Position numbers and translations under genes: made by a program. A model generated the notes under the pieces. The model was not told the origin of the DNA and did no database searches. It saw only the letters and a list, made by a program, of their open reading frames with translations. A stretch of DNA of 64,000 bases from positions 11,412 to 75,411 of the forward strand of contig JANLSU010000111.1 in NCBI GenBank assembly GCA_031362565.1, in the 5' to 3' direction. The stretch is from a bacterium (GTDB taxonomy: Bacteria; Krumholzibacteriota; Krumholzibacteriia; G020349025). Positions 47,207 to 55,342 of the stretch are shown in pieces. Within the stretch, counting starts at the first letter, position 1. Each line of letters opens with the position of its first letter.

Positions 47207-48931
47207 TCAGTCCTGGCGTTCGATGCCGGCGAGGCGCCAGCCGGCGGCGGCGTGCGGATCGCGGTCCAGGTACACGTGCACCAAGGGGCTCCAGGCGCCA
47301 CCATCGCGCCGCGCCGTGGCAATGCGCAACTCGAGCTGATCCGGCGTTTGGGTCGCGCCAACTGGGAAGCGTGCGAAGCGCGGCTCGGTCGCGACCTGTG
47401 ACGGTTGCAACGCCTTGCCGCCGGCGAAGAGCGCGCACCGGTAGCGGGTCGCTCGAGCCGCCTCGAATCCATGCTCGACCGCGAGATCCGTCCATTGCAG
47501 CTCGAGGCCGTCGCCGGACCCCGCGAGCGCGAAGCGGTCGAGTGGATTGACGCGTGCCAACCACGTGCGGCCCGTCTTGTCACGCCGCTCGATGAGGATC
47601 TTCACCAGAGCGCGCGCCGCTTCCGGATCGGAATACTGTCCAGTGCCAACGGCGGCGGCGATTTGCTCGTCGGTGAACGACAGAACGAGCTTGGCGCCCC
47701 AGAACCCATCGCGGCCGGTGCAGTTCGCGAACGCCGGGTTGGGGATGTAGAACTCGTAGCCGGCCGGGTCGAAGGTGGCGGATTCGAAGTACCCGAGCGC
47801 CGGCCACGGCGCCGGCCGCAGCTTCTCCCATGGTTCCACGTGCAGTCCCAGCGTCACCAGCCGCGCAAACGAGTCATTCGGGTCGACCGCATTCTGGTGG
47901 CCGATGTACGGCTCGATGGAATGATTCGACCCGCTGCCGAGCGTCGAACTGAAATCGAGCAGGTAATGCCGGATGTAGCGCCGGCCGTGGTCGTCGATCC
48001 AGGTGTCGAGCGAATTGCCGTCCTTGGTGTCGAAATGGTGCAGCCATGCCGCCATGACGCGCAGGCCGCGCAACTCGCGCCGGTGTTCGTGCGGCACGAG
48101 ATCGTTCGGATCGTCGCGGCGCGTGCCATCGTACGAGAATGGGCCCAACACCTTGCCGGGCAACGACCGGCTCGCCAGGGCGCGAATGCGCCCGTCCGCC
48201 CGGCGCTCCACTCCGGCCAAGATCGCGTCGAGGTCGGCTTGAACGAGGGGCCGGGTGCGGCCGTGTTTGTCGGTGAATTTGACCTTGGAGCCGAGGCGAA
48301 GGCGTTGCGGATCGAACACCGTCACGTAGTCTTCGGCGACGTGGAATCCCGCTGCCCAGAACAGCTTCGTGCAGACGACGTCCGCCCCACTCGACATCTC
48401 GGGGCGGCCCGGCGGATCGAACTTGATGAAGTACCGGTCACCGCGCGAATCCTGAATCGCGAAACCGGGCGTGACGCCTTCCGTCTTGGCGCGGACCACC
48501 GTCCAAACCGTCGACGTGTCGGGTCCATCGACGGTGTTTGGACCACGCTCGATTTCGGCGCCGCTGAGTTTGTGGCGGGCGTTGCGATTCGTGAACCAGG
48601 CGGAATCGGCGACTTCATCGAATGCATCGGTATTGAACGCTTGCTTGGGCCGGCCCGCCAAGGCTCGCAGTTGCCGCGACAGGTCCAGCCGGCGCTCCAA
48701 CGGCATCATGGCCTGTTTGTCGAAGCTGTCTTCGGCGACGTCGTAGGCACGTGGCTTGGGTTCGGGAATAGACACGCGGTCGTCGGGCCGCGTTCGCGGG
48801 GCAGCCCAGCGGGTGCTACTGGCGCAGCCCACGACGAGTGTCATGCAAGCGGCTGCAACTGCCAGTCCAGGTGCGCCATGCCACGCCGCATTCCGCCCGT
48901 GGCGGCCCCGGGCTTCAATTGAGCGCGACAT
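47207..48931 (-). CDS. Hypothetical lipoprotein with atypical protein-kinase-like motifs
   Basis: Lipobox LVVG-C; RYFIKFD, HFDTKDGN and HYLLDFSSTLG motifs. Confidence 0.7.
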   Translation of the reverse strand: MSRSIEARGRHGRNAAWHGAPGLAVAAACMTLVVGCASSTRWAAPRTRPDDRVSIPEPKPRAYDVAEDSFDKQAMMPLERRLDLSRQLRALAGRPKQAFNTDAFDEVADSAWFTNRNARHKLSGAEIERGPNTVDGPDTSTVWTVVRAKTEGVTPGFAIQDSRGDRYFIKFDPPGRPEMSSGADVVCTKLFWAAGFHVAEDYVTVFDPQRLRLGSKVKFTDKHGRTRPLVQADLDAILAGVERRADGRIRALASRSLPGKVLGPFSYDGTRRDDPNDLVPHEHRRELRGLRVMAAWLHHFDTKDGNSLDTWIDDHGRRYIRHYLLDFSSTLGSGSNHSIEPYIGHQNAVDPNDSFARLVTLGLHVEPWEKLRPAPWPALGYFESATFDPAGYEFYIPNPAFANCTGRDGFWGAKLVLSFTDEQIAAAVGTGQYSDPEAARALVKILIERRDKTGRTWLARVNPLDRFALAGSGDGLELQWTDLAVEHGFEAARATRYRCALFAGGKALQPSQVATEPRFARFPVGATQTPDQLELRIATARRDGGAWSPLVHVYLDRDPHAAAGWRLAGIERQD

Positions 48932-50207
48932 AGAAATTCCACCCTTCGCGCGACCATGCGGCGTCGACGCTGGCGCCGCCACCGCGCGTATTCCAAAGCC
49001 GCAGCCCGACGCCATAGCCGACGTGAAATTGCTGCCCGCTGAAGCCCGCGCCGTCACCCGAGAAGGTATTGCCGACATCGACGAAGAGTGCGGCGTCGAG
49101 CTTGTCGGGCTGCACGGGAAAACGGTATTCGGCCGTGCTGCGCATGGTCTCGTCGTCGCGGAAGCGGCCGCGTTGGTAACCGCGCAGCGTTTCGCGCCCG
49201 CCGAGTTCGAGCAAATCGTAGAACGGCACGGTACGATTCGCGGCCTCCCACTGCGCGCGGCCTGCCGTCCCGAGCGTCAGCGTCCGGCCGTAACCCAAGT
49301 GGATGTAGCGTGTGTACGCCGCCGCCGCTTCCACCCATCCGAAATCGTCGCCGTTCGTTTGCCGTGCGTAGGCGCCGCCGATCATCGCTTCGTCGCCGCG
49401 CGTCGGCCGGCCGCGTTGATCGCGTGTATCCCGGTGCAACCCCGCATCGATGCGCACGATCTGCGCGAGGTCGCGCAATCCCGGCAGCGACGCAAACTGT
49501 GCCGTCGTCGACGGAGTCGACTTGCGGCGCCCGCCACGAATGTTGTTCGCCGCCCAACCGAAACCGGCGCTGGCGTTCAGGCCGCGTGTCACATCGAGGG
49601 CGACGCCGGCATTGGCACTGGTGCGTTCATTTGCGAAGTTCGTCTTGTCGCTCTCACGGCTGGTGAAACCGGCACCGAAGTACGGCTCGTCGGGCAGGAA
49701 TTGGTAACGAACCCCGGCTCCCGCCGTGACGCGTCCGCTGGCCATCCGCACTCGTTCGATCTGGGCCTCGAAGAGTTGGCGCCGCAAGCGGCCACCCGTG
49801 GCGCTCAGGGTGAATTTGCTGCCGCGGGTCAGAAGATTGCGCTGCTGATAGAGCGCACCGGCGCCGCCGCGTGCCGAATAGGTCGGCAGGAGCGCGCGGC
49901 TACCGTCGGCGGCGACCAGGACATCCAGCACGCGGTCGGACACGTGCCCCCGGTTGAGTACGCCGATGACCGCCTTCGTGCCGCCCAGCACGACCTCGAA
50001 GGGCAGCAGGATCACCGTGCCCGGCAGCGAAACGACGGTTTCCCACGGCGAGTGAGCCCGTAGCCGGTGGCGGGGCGCCGTCGCGGAGTCGCCGGGCGCC
50101 GCGGCCGGAAAATCGGCCCGTGCCGTCGCCGCCGCCGTGGTTCCAAGCGCGCAAACCAGTCCGATTCGCGCCACGCCCCGTTGAAACCAAAGCCCCGTGA
50201 GTCGCAT
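48915..50207 (-). CDS. Omp85 (BamA/TamA) family outer-membrane beta-barrel protein
   Basis: LGGRETLRGYQRGRFRD (Omp85 RGY loop), EYRF, LFVDVGN and GYGVGLR; no obvious POTRA domains. Confidence 0.85.
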   Translation of the reverse strand: MRLTGLWFQRGVARIGLVCALGTTAAATARADFPAAAPGDSATAPRHRLRAHSPWETVVSLPGTVILLPFEVVLGGTKAVIGVLNRGHVSDRVLDVLVAADGSRALLPTYSARGGAGALYQQRNLLTRGSKFTLSATGGRLRRQLFEAQIERVRMASGRVTAGAGVRYQFLPDEPYFGAGFTSRESDKTNFANERTSANAGVALDVTRGLNASAGFGWAANNIRGGRRKSTPSTTAQFASLPGLRDLAQIVRIDAGLHRDTRDQRGRPTRGDEAMIGGAYARQTNGDDFGWVEAAAAYTRYIHLGYGRTLTLGTAGRAQWEAANRTVPFYDLLELGGRETLRGYQRGRFRDDETMRSTAEYRFPVQPDKLDAALFVDVGNTFSGDGAGFSGQQFHVGYGVGLRLWNTRGGGASVDAAWSREGWNFYVALN

Positions 50208-50445
50208 GCGAACGTCCCGTTCCCAAAGTGTGCCCACGCGGGCGCCCGATCTGTTCCCGAACGTCACAATGGCGAGGTGCCAGGCATTCAACCACACCCG
50301 GTGAGTGCGGATCTAGGGCTCCCAGGCGCCGGATGCCCGGGCGCCCGTTGCCCGCGCCGCGTCGCAGCCACCAACAAAAGAAGGCAACCTCGCGGCGGTT
50401 CGATCCGTCTAGAGTGCAGGCTCACGCCGAAAGGGGTCCGAGATC

Positions 50446-51648
50446 ATGATTCGACGTCTGCACCCATTCCGTGCCTCCGAGATCCTGAGGCTGGCCGGGG
50501 CACTTGCCGCCCTGGCGGTCCAGCCCGCCGTCGCGGCCGAGTTCGAGAAGACCTTTTCTTATGATGCCCGCGAACTGACCGTGACCGACCTGATCGGAGC
50601 GGTGCACGTCGAGAGCGCCCCCGGCTCCAAGTTCGAAGTCCTCGTCCAGGTTCGAGGCGCGGACGCCGACCCCAAGTACATCAAACTGGAGAGCACGGAG
50701 GGCAACCGCGCCCGGCTCATCGTGCGCTTCCCGGTGGACGAGTATCGCAAATACACTTACCCGGCACTCGGGCACAACAGCCGCAGTTCGTTCAGCGCCC
50801 GTGACGATGACCGGCACCACGGCGGCGACTGGTTGCGCGACCTGATGGATTTTGCGTACGGCGACCGGATCGATGTTTCGGGCCGGTCCTCGGGGCGGGC
50901 GCTCGAACTGTGGGCCGATGTGACGGTCAAGGTGCCGGCATCACAGCACGCCACCATCCAACTGGGGTGCGGCGAGATCACCGCCAATCAAGTCTCGGCG
51001 TCACTCGATCTCAAGTCCAAGTCCGGCGCCGTGCATGCGAACGACATCAAGGGCGATCTCCTGGCCGATACCGGCAGCGGCAGCGTCGAGGTCCGTGGGG
51101 TGCGCGGTGAACTGACCGTCGACACGGGGAGCGGTTCGGTGATCGTCGCCGACGTGCAGGACGCCAAGGCGGTGTCGATCGACACCGGCAGCGGTGAAGT
51201 GCGCGTTTCGGGCATCAAGGCCGGCGACCTCAAAGTGGACACCGGCAGCGGCTCGGTGGATCTTGCCGATATCACCACCGACAATCTCGATGTCGATACC
51301 GGCAGCGGCGGCGTCGACGGGGCCCGAATCGATACGCAGGACATGAAAGTCGATACCGGCAGCGGTGGATTGGAAGTCGAGCTCGTGCGCATGGGCCACG
51401 GCCATTACCAATTCGAAACCGGCAGCGGCGGGATTCGCCTCGACATGCCGCGCGACCTCTCCGCCGACTTCGACGCCTCGACCGGCAGCGGATCGATCGA
51501 TGCCGACATCGATGGCGTGCAGTTGTCGCGCCGTGAACGTCGCGAAGCGCACTTCAAGGTCGGCAGCGGCGACGCGCGGGTGCTGGCTTCGACGGGGAGC
51601 GGCGGGATTCATCTGACGCAGGATGCCGGCAGAGCGTCGCGCCGGTAA
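50446..51648 (+). CDS. Secreted DUF4097/adhesin-like beta-solenoid protein
   Basis: Signal peptide; nine [DES]TGSG repeats, mostly about 19-20 aa apart. Confidence 0.85.
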   Translation: MIRRLHPFRASEILRLAGALAALAVQPAVAAEFEKTFSYDARELTVTDLIGAVHVESAPGSKFEVLVQVRGADADPKYIKLESTEGNRARLIVRFPVDEYRKYTYPALGHNSRSSFSARDDDRHHGGDWLRDLMDFAYGDRIDVSGRSSGRALELWADVTVKVPASQHATIQLGCGEITANQVSASLDLKSKSGAVHANDIKGDLLADTGSGSVEVRGVRGELTVDTGSGSVIVADVQDAKAVSIDTGSGEVRVSGIKAGDLKVDTGSGSVDLADITTDNLDVDTGSGGVDGARIDTQDMKVDTGSGGLEVELVRMGHGHYQFETGSGGIRLDMPRDLSADFDASTGSGSIDADIDGVQLSRRERREAHFKVGSGDARVLASTGSGGIHLTQDAGRASRR

Positions 51649-51684
51649 GGCCAACACGCCACGATTTGATGCAGTGCCGTGGCT

Positions 51685-52149
51685 TTAGTCGGTTTCGAAT
51701 GGAATCGCCGGATGCCACCGCTTGATCATCTTGAGGATGGTGAGCGACTCCATGTGGTTGATGCCGCCCAGCGCGATGATCTTTTCGTTGATGAAACGTT
51801 CGAGCGCCGCCACGTCCTTCACGGCCACGTGGGCGATGAAATCGAACCGTCCGAGCAATTGCGCGCAGATCAGCACTTCGTCCAATGTCGCCATCGCCCG
51901 AATGAACCGCTGCACCTCTTCGGTGCTCTGATTCGCCAGCGTGAACGTCATCAGCACTTCGAGGCCACGATCCACCCGCGCCGGTTCGACGAGCGCCGCA
52001 TAGCCCTTGATGACGCCGCTCTGCTCGAGCCGGCGGACGCGCTCCAAGGTCGCGGATTCGGAGAGTCCGACGGTCTTGGCCAGGCGGGCGTTGGTGGTTT
52101 GCCCGTCTTCCATCAAAATGCGCAGGATATTCCGGTCGATTCGGTCCAT
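51685..52149 (-). CDS. Lrp/AsnC family transcriptional regulator
   Basis: MDRIDRNIL...VGLSES...ERVRRLEQSGVIKGY. Confidence 0.92.
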   Translation of the reverse strand: MDRIDRNILRILMEDGQTTNARLAKTVGLSESATLERVRRLEQSGVIKGYAALVEPARVDRGLEVLMTFTLANQSTEEVQRFIRAMATLDEVLICAQLLGRFDFIAHVAVKDVAALERFINEKIIALGGINHMESLTILKMIKRWHPAIPFETD

Positions 52150-52204
52150 GCCCTATGATATGCGGGCCGCGGCCCCTGTTCAACCCTGGTCTCCGGAGGA
52201 TCGC

Positions 52205-53587
52205 ATGTCGGTGGAGGCAGCTCTCAAGCAGTACCGGACGTCGCGTGAGGCCCATCTCGAAGACCTGAAGCGCCTTGTCCGCATCCCGAGCGTCAGCGCC
52301 AGCGGGTTCGACCCGGCCCAGGTCAAACGCTCCGCCGAGGCAGTGGCGGCGCTCCTGCGCGAACGCGGCCTCGAAAATGTCGAAATGTTCAGCGTCGGCG
52401 GCTCCCACCCCTATGTCTACGGCGACTGGCTGCACGCCCCGGGCAAGCCGACGGTGCTCTTGTACGCCCACCATGACGTGCAACCGCCCGGCCGCGCCGA
52501 GGTGTGGAAGACCGACCCCTTCGAGCCGACATTCGGAGCCGATGGGCGCCTCTACGGTCGCGGCGCCGCCGACGACAAGGCCGGAGTTGTGGCGCACACG
52601 GCCACCGTTGCGTCGTGGCTGGCGGCCGACGGCAAATTGCCGTGCAACGTCAAGGTCATCATCGAGGGCGAAGAGGAAATCGGCTCGTCGCACTTGTATG
52701 ACTTCATCAAGACGTATCAGAAAAAACTGCAGTCGGATGTCATGGTGCTGACCGATGCCGGCAACTGGGATACCGGGGTGCCGGCGCTCACGACTTTGCT
52801 GCGCGGCATCGTCGTCGTCGAAGTGGAATTGAAGGCCCTCGCATCACCTTTGCACAGCGGCATGTGGGGTGGCCCGATTCCGGATCCGACCATGGCATTG
52901 GCACGCATGCTCGCGACCCTGGTCGACGCGCAAGGCCGCATCGCGGTGCCGGGCATGCTCGACGATGTGCGGCCGTTGTCCGACACCGACCGGCGTGAAT
53001 TCGAACGCCTGCCGACGACGCCGGAGGAATTCCGCCGCCAATCACGTATGTTGCCGGGCGTCGAACTGCTCGGTTCGTGGATCACCCCATGGCAACCGGT
53101 GTGGCGCGAACCGTCGCTCACCGTCAACGCTTTCCAAGCCGCGAGCCGCGCCCAGGCCGCCAATATCATCTGTGACTCGGCGTGGGCCCGCATCGGCGTA
53201 CGCATCGTGCCGGATCAGAAGCCCGAAAAGGTGCAAGCGCTGCTCGTCGAGCATTTGAAGAAGCAAGTGCCGTGGGGGCTCCAGGCCGAGGTGAAATCCG
53301 AGCACACGGGTACTTGGTGGATGACGGACGCGACCGGCCCGGTGTTCGACAAGGCACGGCGGGCGTTGGCGCTCGGCTACGGCAAAGAGCCGTTGCTGAT
53401 CGGCTGCGGCGGTTCGATTCCGTTCGTCGATCCGTTCGCGCGCGCCCTCGGTGGCGTGCCGGCGTTGCTGGTCGGGGTCGAGGATCCGTACACCAACGCG
53501 CACTCGGAAAACGAATCGCTGCACATGGCCGATTTTGATGGCGCGATCGCCAGTCAAATCCATCTGCTGGCACTGCTGGCGGAATGA
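52205..53587 (+). CDS. M20 family dipeptidase/acetylornithine deacetylase-like metallohydrolase
   Basis: YAHHDVQP, GRGAADDK, EGEEE, HSG, GGSIP and AHSENE motifs. Confidence 0.92.
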   Translation: MSVEAALKQYRTSREAHLEDLKRLVRIPSVSASGFDPAQVKRSAEAVAALLRERGLENVEMFSVGGSHPYVYGDWLHAPGKPTVLLYAHHDVQPPGRAEVWKTDPFEPTFGADGRLYGRGAADDKAGVVAHTATVASWLAADGKLPCNVKVIIEGEEEIGSSHLYDFIKTYQKKLQSDVMVLTDAGNWDTGVPALTTLLRGIVVVEVELKALASPLHSGMWGGPIPDPTMALARMLATLVDAQGRIAVPGMLDDVRPLSDTDRREFERLPTTPEEFRRQSRMLPGVELLGSWITPWQPVWREPSLTVNAFQAASRAQAANIICDSAWARIGVRIVPDQKPEKVQALLVEHLKKQVPWGLQAEVKSEHTGTWWMTDATGPVFDKARRALALGYGKEPLLIGCGGSIPFVDPFARALGGVPALLVGVEDPYTNAHSENESLHMADFDGAIASQIHLLALLAE

Positions 53588-53594
53588 GGCTGCC

Positions 53595-54233
53595 GTGACT
53601 GCGTGGGTTTTGGTCGGGGGGCGGTTCGTGCCGTCCGCCGACGTCGAGCGCGTGCGCCGCGAGTGGCCGCCGTCGTTCATTGCCGCCGCCGACGGCGGCA
53701 TCGATCACGCCTTGCCGCTCGGCGTCCGGCCCCACCTCTGGGTGGGTGACTTCGATTCGAGCGATCCTGCGGACCCGCGCTGGCAGGACATCGAGCGGGT
53801 CGCCTACCCGTGCGACAAGGACGAACTCGACGCCGAGCTGGCGTTGCGGGCCGCCCACGACCGCGGCGCCCGGCGGTTCGTTCTCTGGGGAGCGTTCGGG
53901 GGCCGGTTCGACCACACGTTGGCGCTCGCCACCATCGCCATCAACTGGGCCGAGCGCGGCAACGACATGTTGCTGCATTCCGGTGACGAATCGGCGGTGC
54001 CGTTCTTAGGCGGCAAGCCGCTCGAGCTCGACGTCGAACCGGGCCAAACGATCAGCGTCCTCGCACTGGCGACGTTGGAGTCGGCGTATTTCGAGGGCGT
54101 GCGCTGGCCGTTGTGCGGCGACACGGTGACTCCGGGTACGGTGCGCACGATGTCGAATGAAGCGACGAGCCGGCGCGTGCGGCTGACAGCGACGCGCGGG
54201 CGCGGCCTGGTGGTTTTGCAGCACGCGACGTGA
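53595..54233 (+). CDS. thiN: Thiamine pyrophosphokinase
   Basis: AADGG, VGDFDS, KDELDAELAL, GGRFDH and MSNE motifs. Confidence 0.88.
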   Translation: MTAWVLVGGRFVPSADVERVRREWPPSFIAAADGGIDHALPLGVRPHLWVGDFDSSDPADPRWQDIERVAYPCDKDELDAELALRAAHDRGARRFVLWGAFGGRFDHTLALATIAINWAERGNDMLLHSGDESAVPFLGGKPLELDVEPGQTISVLALATLESAYFEGVRWPLCGDTVTPGTVRTMSNEATSRRVRLTATRGRGLVVLQHAT

Positions 54234-54506
54234 TGCGCCGGCGGCCGGCCGTGGCCCGTCCGCGAGGCGGCCAAGGAGCGGGCGCGTTGGGCGCCGCATC
54301 ATCTTCGGCAACAACGCGCCGGTGACGGTGGGTCGTACCACCCGTTCATCGCTCCATTGCGCCGTTTGCCCTTGCTATTCGGGCATTCGCGCGCCTACCC
54401 TCACCTATTCGCCGTAGTACGTCCGCAGTGGATCCGCGGGCAGCCGTCCGCGAGACACGACGGATTTGCATGCACCCAGAGCATCTCTCCTTGGAGGAGC
54501 TTGGCT

Positions 54507-55265
54507 ATGAAGCTGGCTAAAGGTTTTTCGTTGTTCGCGGCTGCCGTGTCACTCGTGGCCGGGATCGCGACTGCAGCAATGGCAGACAACGCGCCGGAGC
54601 GCGTTCTCGGCTACGCAGGACATCTCTACGTCAACGCCGTGACCGGTAAGTCGCAGTGGGTTCCCGGCGGTCCGGGGACGGCCGTCGCCGGCGACGTGTA
54701 CGACAACACGACCGCAACGGCCAACTTTGGATTCAGCTCGACCGACCTGACATCGATCTTCGGCGACCGGGTGACCACGACGGGCATTGGAATCCTGCAA
54801 CAGACCGATTTCTCCGTCTTCAACTCCGGGTCGAGCGCCGGTCCCGTGCTCACGGCGTCGTTCAACATCTCGTACCTGAATGGCGCGACCAACGTTCCCT
54901 TGGGTGGTTTCACGACCGGAGTCGTGGCGTTCGGCACCGGCCTCAACCCCGGCTTCTTCACTTTCGTCACCGTGACCGGCTTGGGTGGTCTGAACATCGG
55001 CCTCAACACGACCGATGTCGCGATTCGCCAGCAGATTGCCACGAAAACCGGAACTGCGAGCCGGATGGGAATCGTGTCGTTGGATCCGCCGACCGTCGGG
55101 TCGAGCGCGAATACGATGTTCATCTCGAACATCAGCAGCCCTGCCGGCTACTACACCATCGGCACGCCGCCCAGCAACGCCAACCCCGGCTATCGAATCA
55201 ACGTCGACGCGACGGTTGGCGTCGAGGCCAAGTCGTGGAGCGAAATTAAGGCTCTGTTCAACTAA
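54507..55265 (+). CDS. Secreted beta-rich hypothetical protein with C-terminal SWSEIKALFN motif
   Basis: GGAGGAG RBS; signal peptide; Thr/Gly/Asn-rich body; strong terminator downstream. Confidence 0.85.
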   Translation: MKLAKGFSLFAAAVSLVAGIATAAMADNAPERVLGYAGHLYVNAVTGKSQWVPGGPGTAVAGDVYDNTTATANFGFSSTDLTSIFGDRVTTTGIGILQQTDFSVFNSGSSAGPVLTASFNISYLNGATNVPLGGFTTGVVAFGTGLNPGFFTFVTVTGLGGLNIGLNTTDVAIRQQIATKTGTASRMGIVSLDPPTVGSSANTMFISNISSPAGYYTIGTPPSNANPGYRINVDATVGVEAKSWSEIKALFN

Positions 55266-55285
55266 ACAAGGCCTGACCGTTCGAC

Positions 55286-55324
55286 AAGCCTCCTTCCGCC
55301 CTCGGGCGGGGGGAGGCTTTTTTT
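55286..55324 (+). terminator. Rho-independent terminator
   Basis: AAGCCTCCTTCCGCCC-TC-GGGCGGGGGGAGGCTT followed by a T run. Confidence 0.85.
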
Positions 55325-55342
55325 GTTGCAGAGGGCCCGACC

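Noticed and set aside
51060..51610. Repeated GACACCGGCAGCGG DNA motif
   Set aside because: Explained by the DTGSG coding repeats of the DUF4097-like protein
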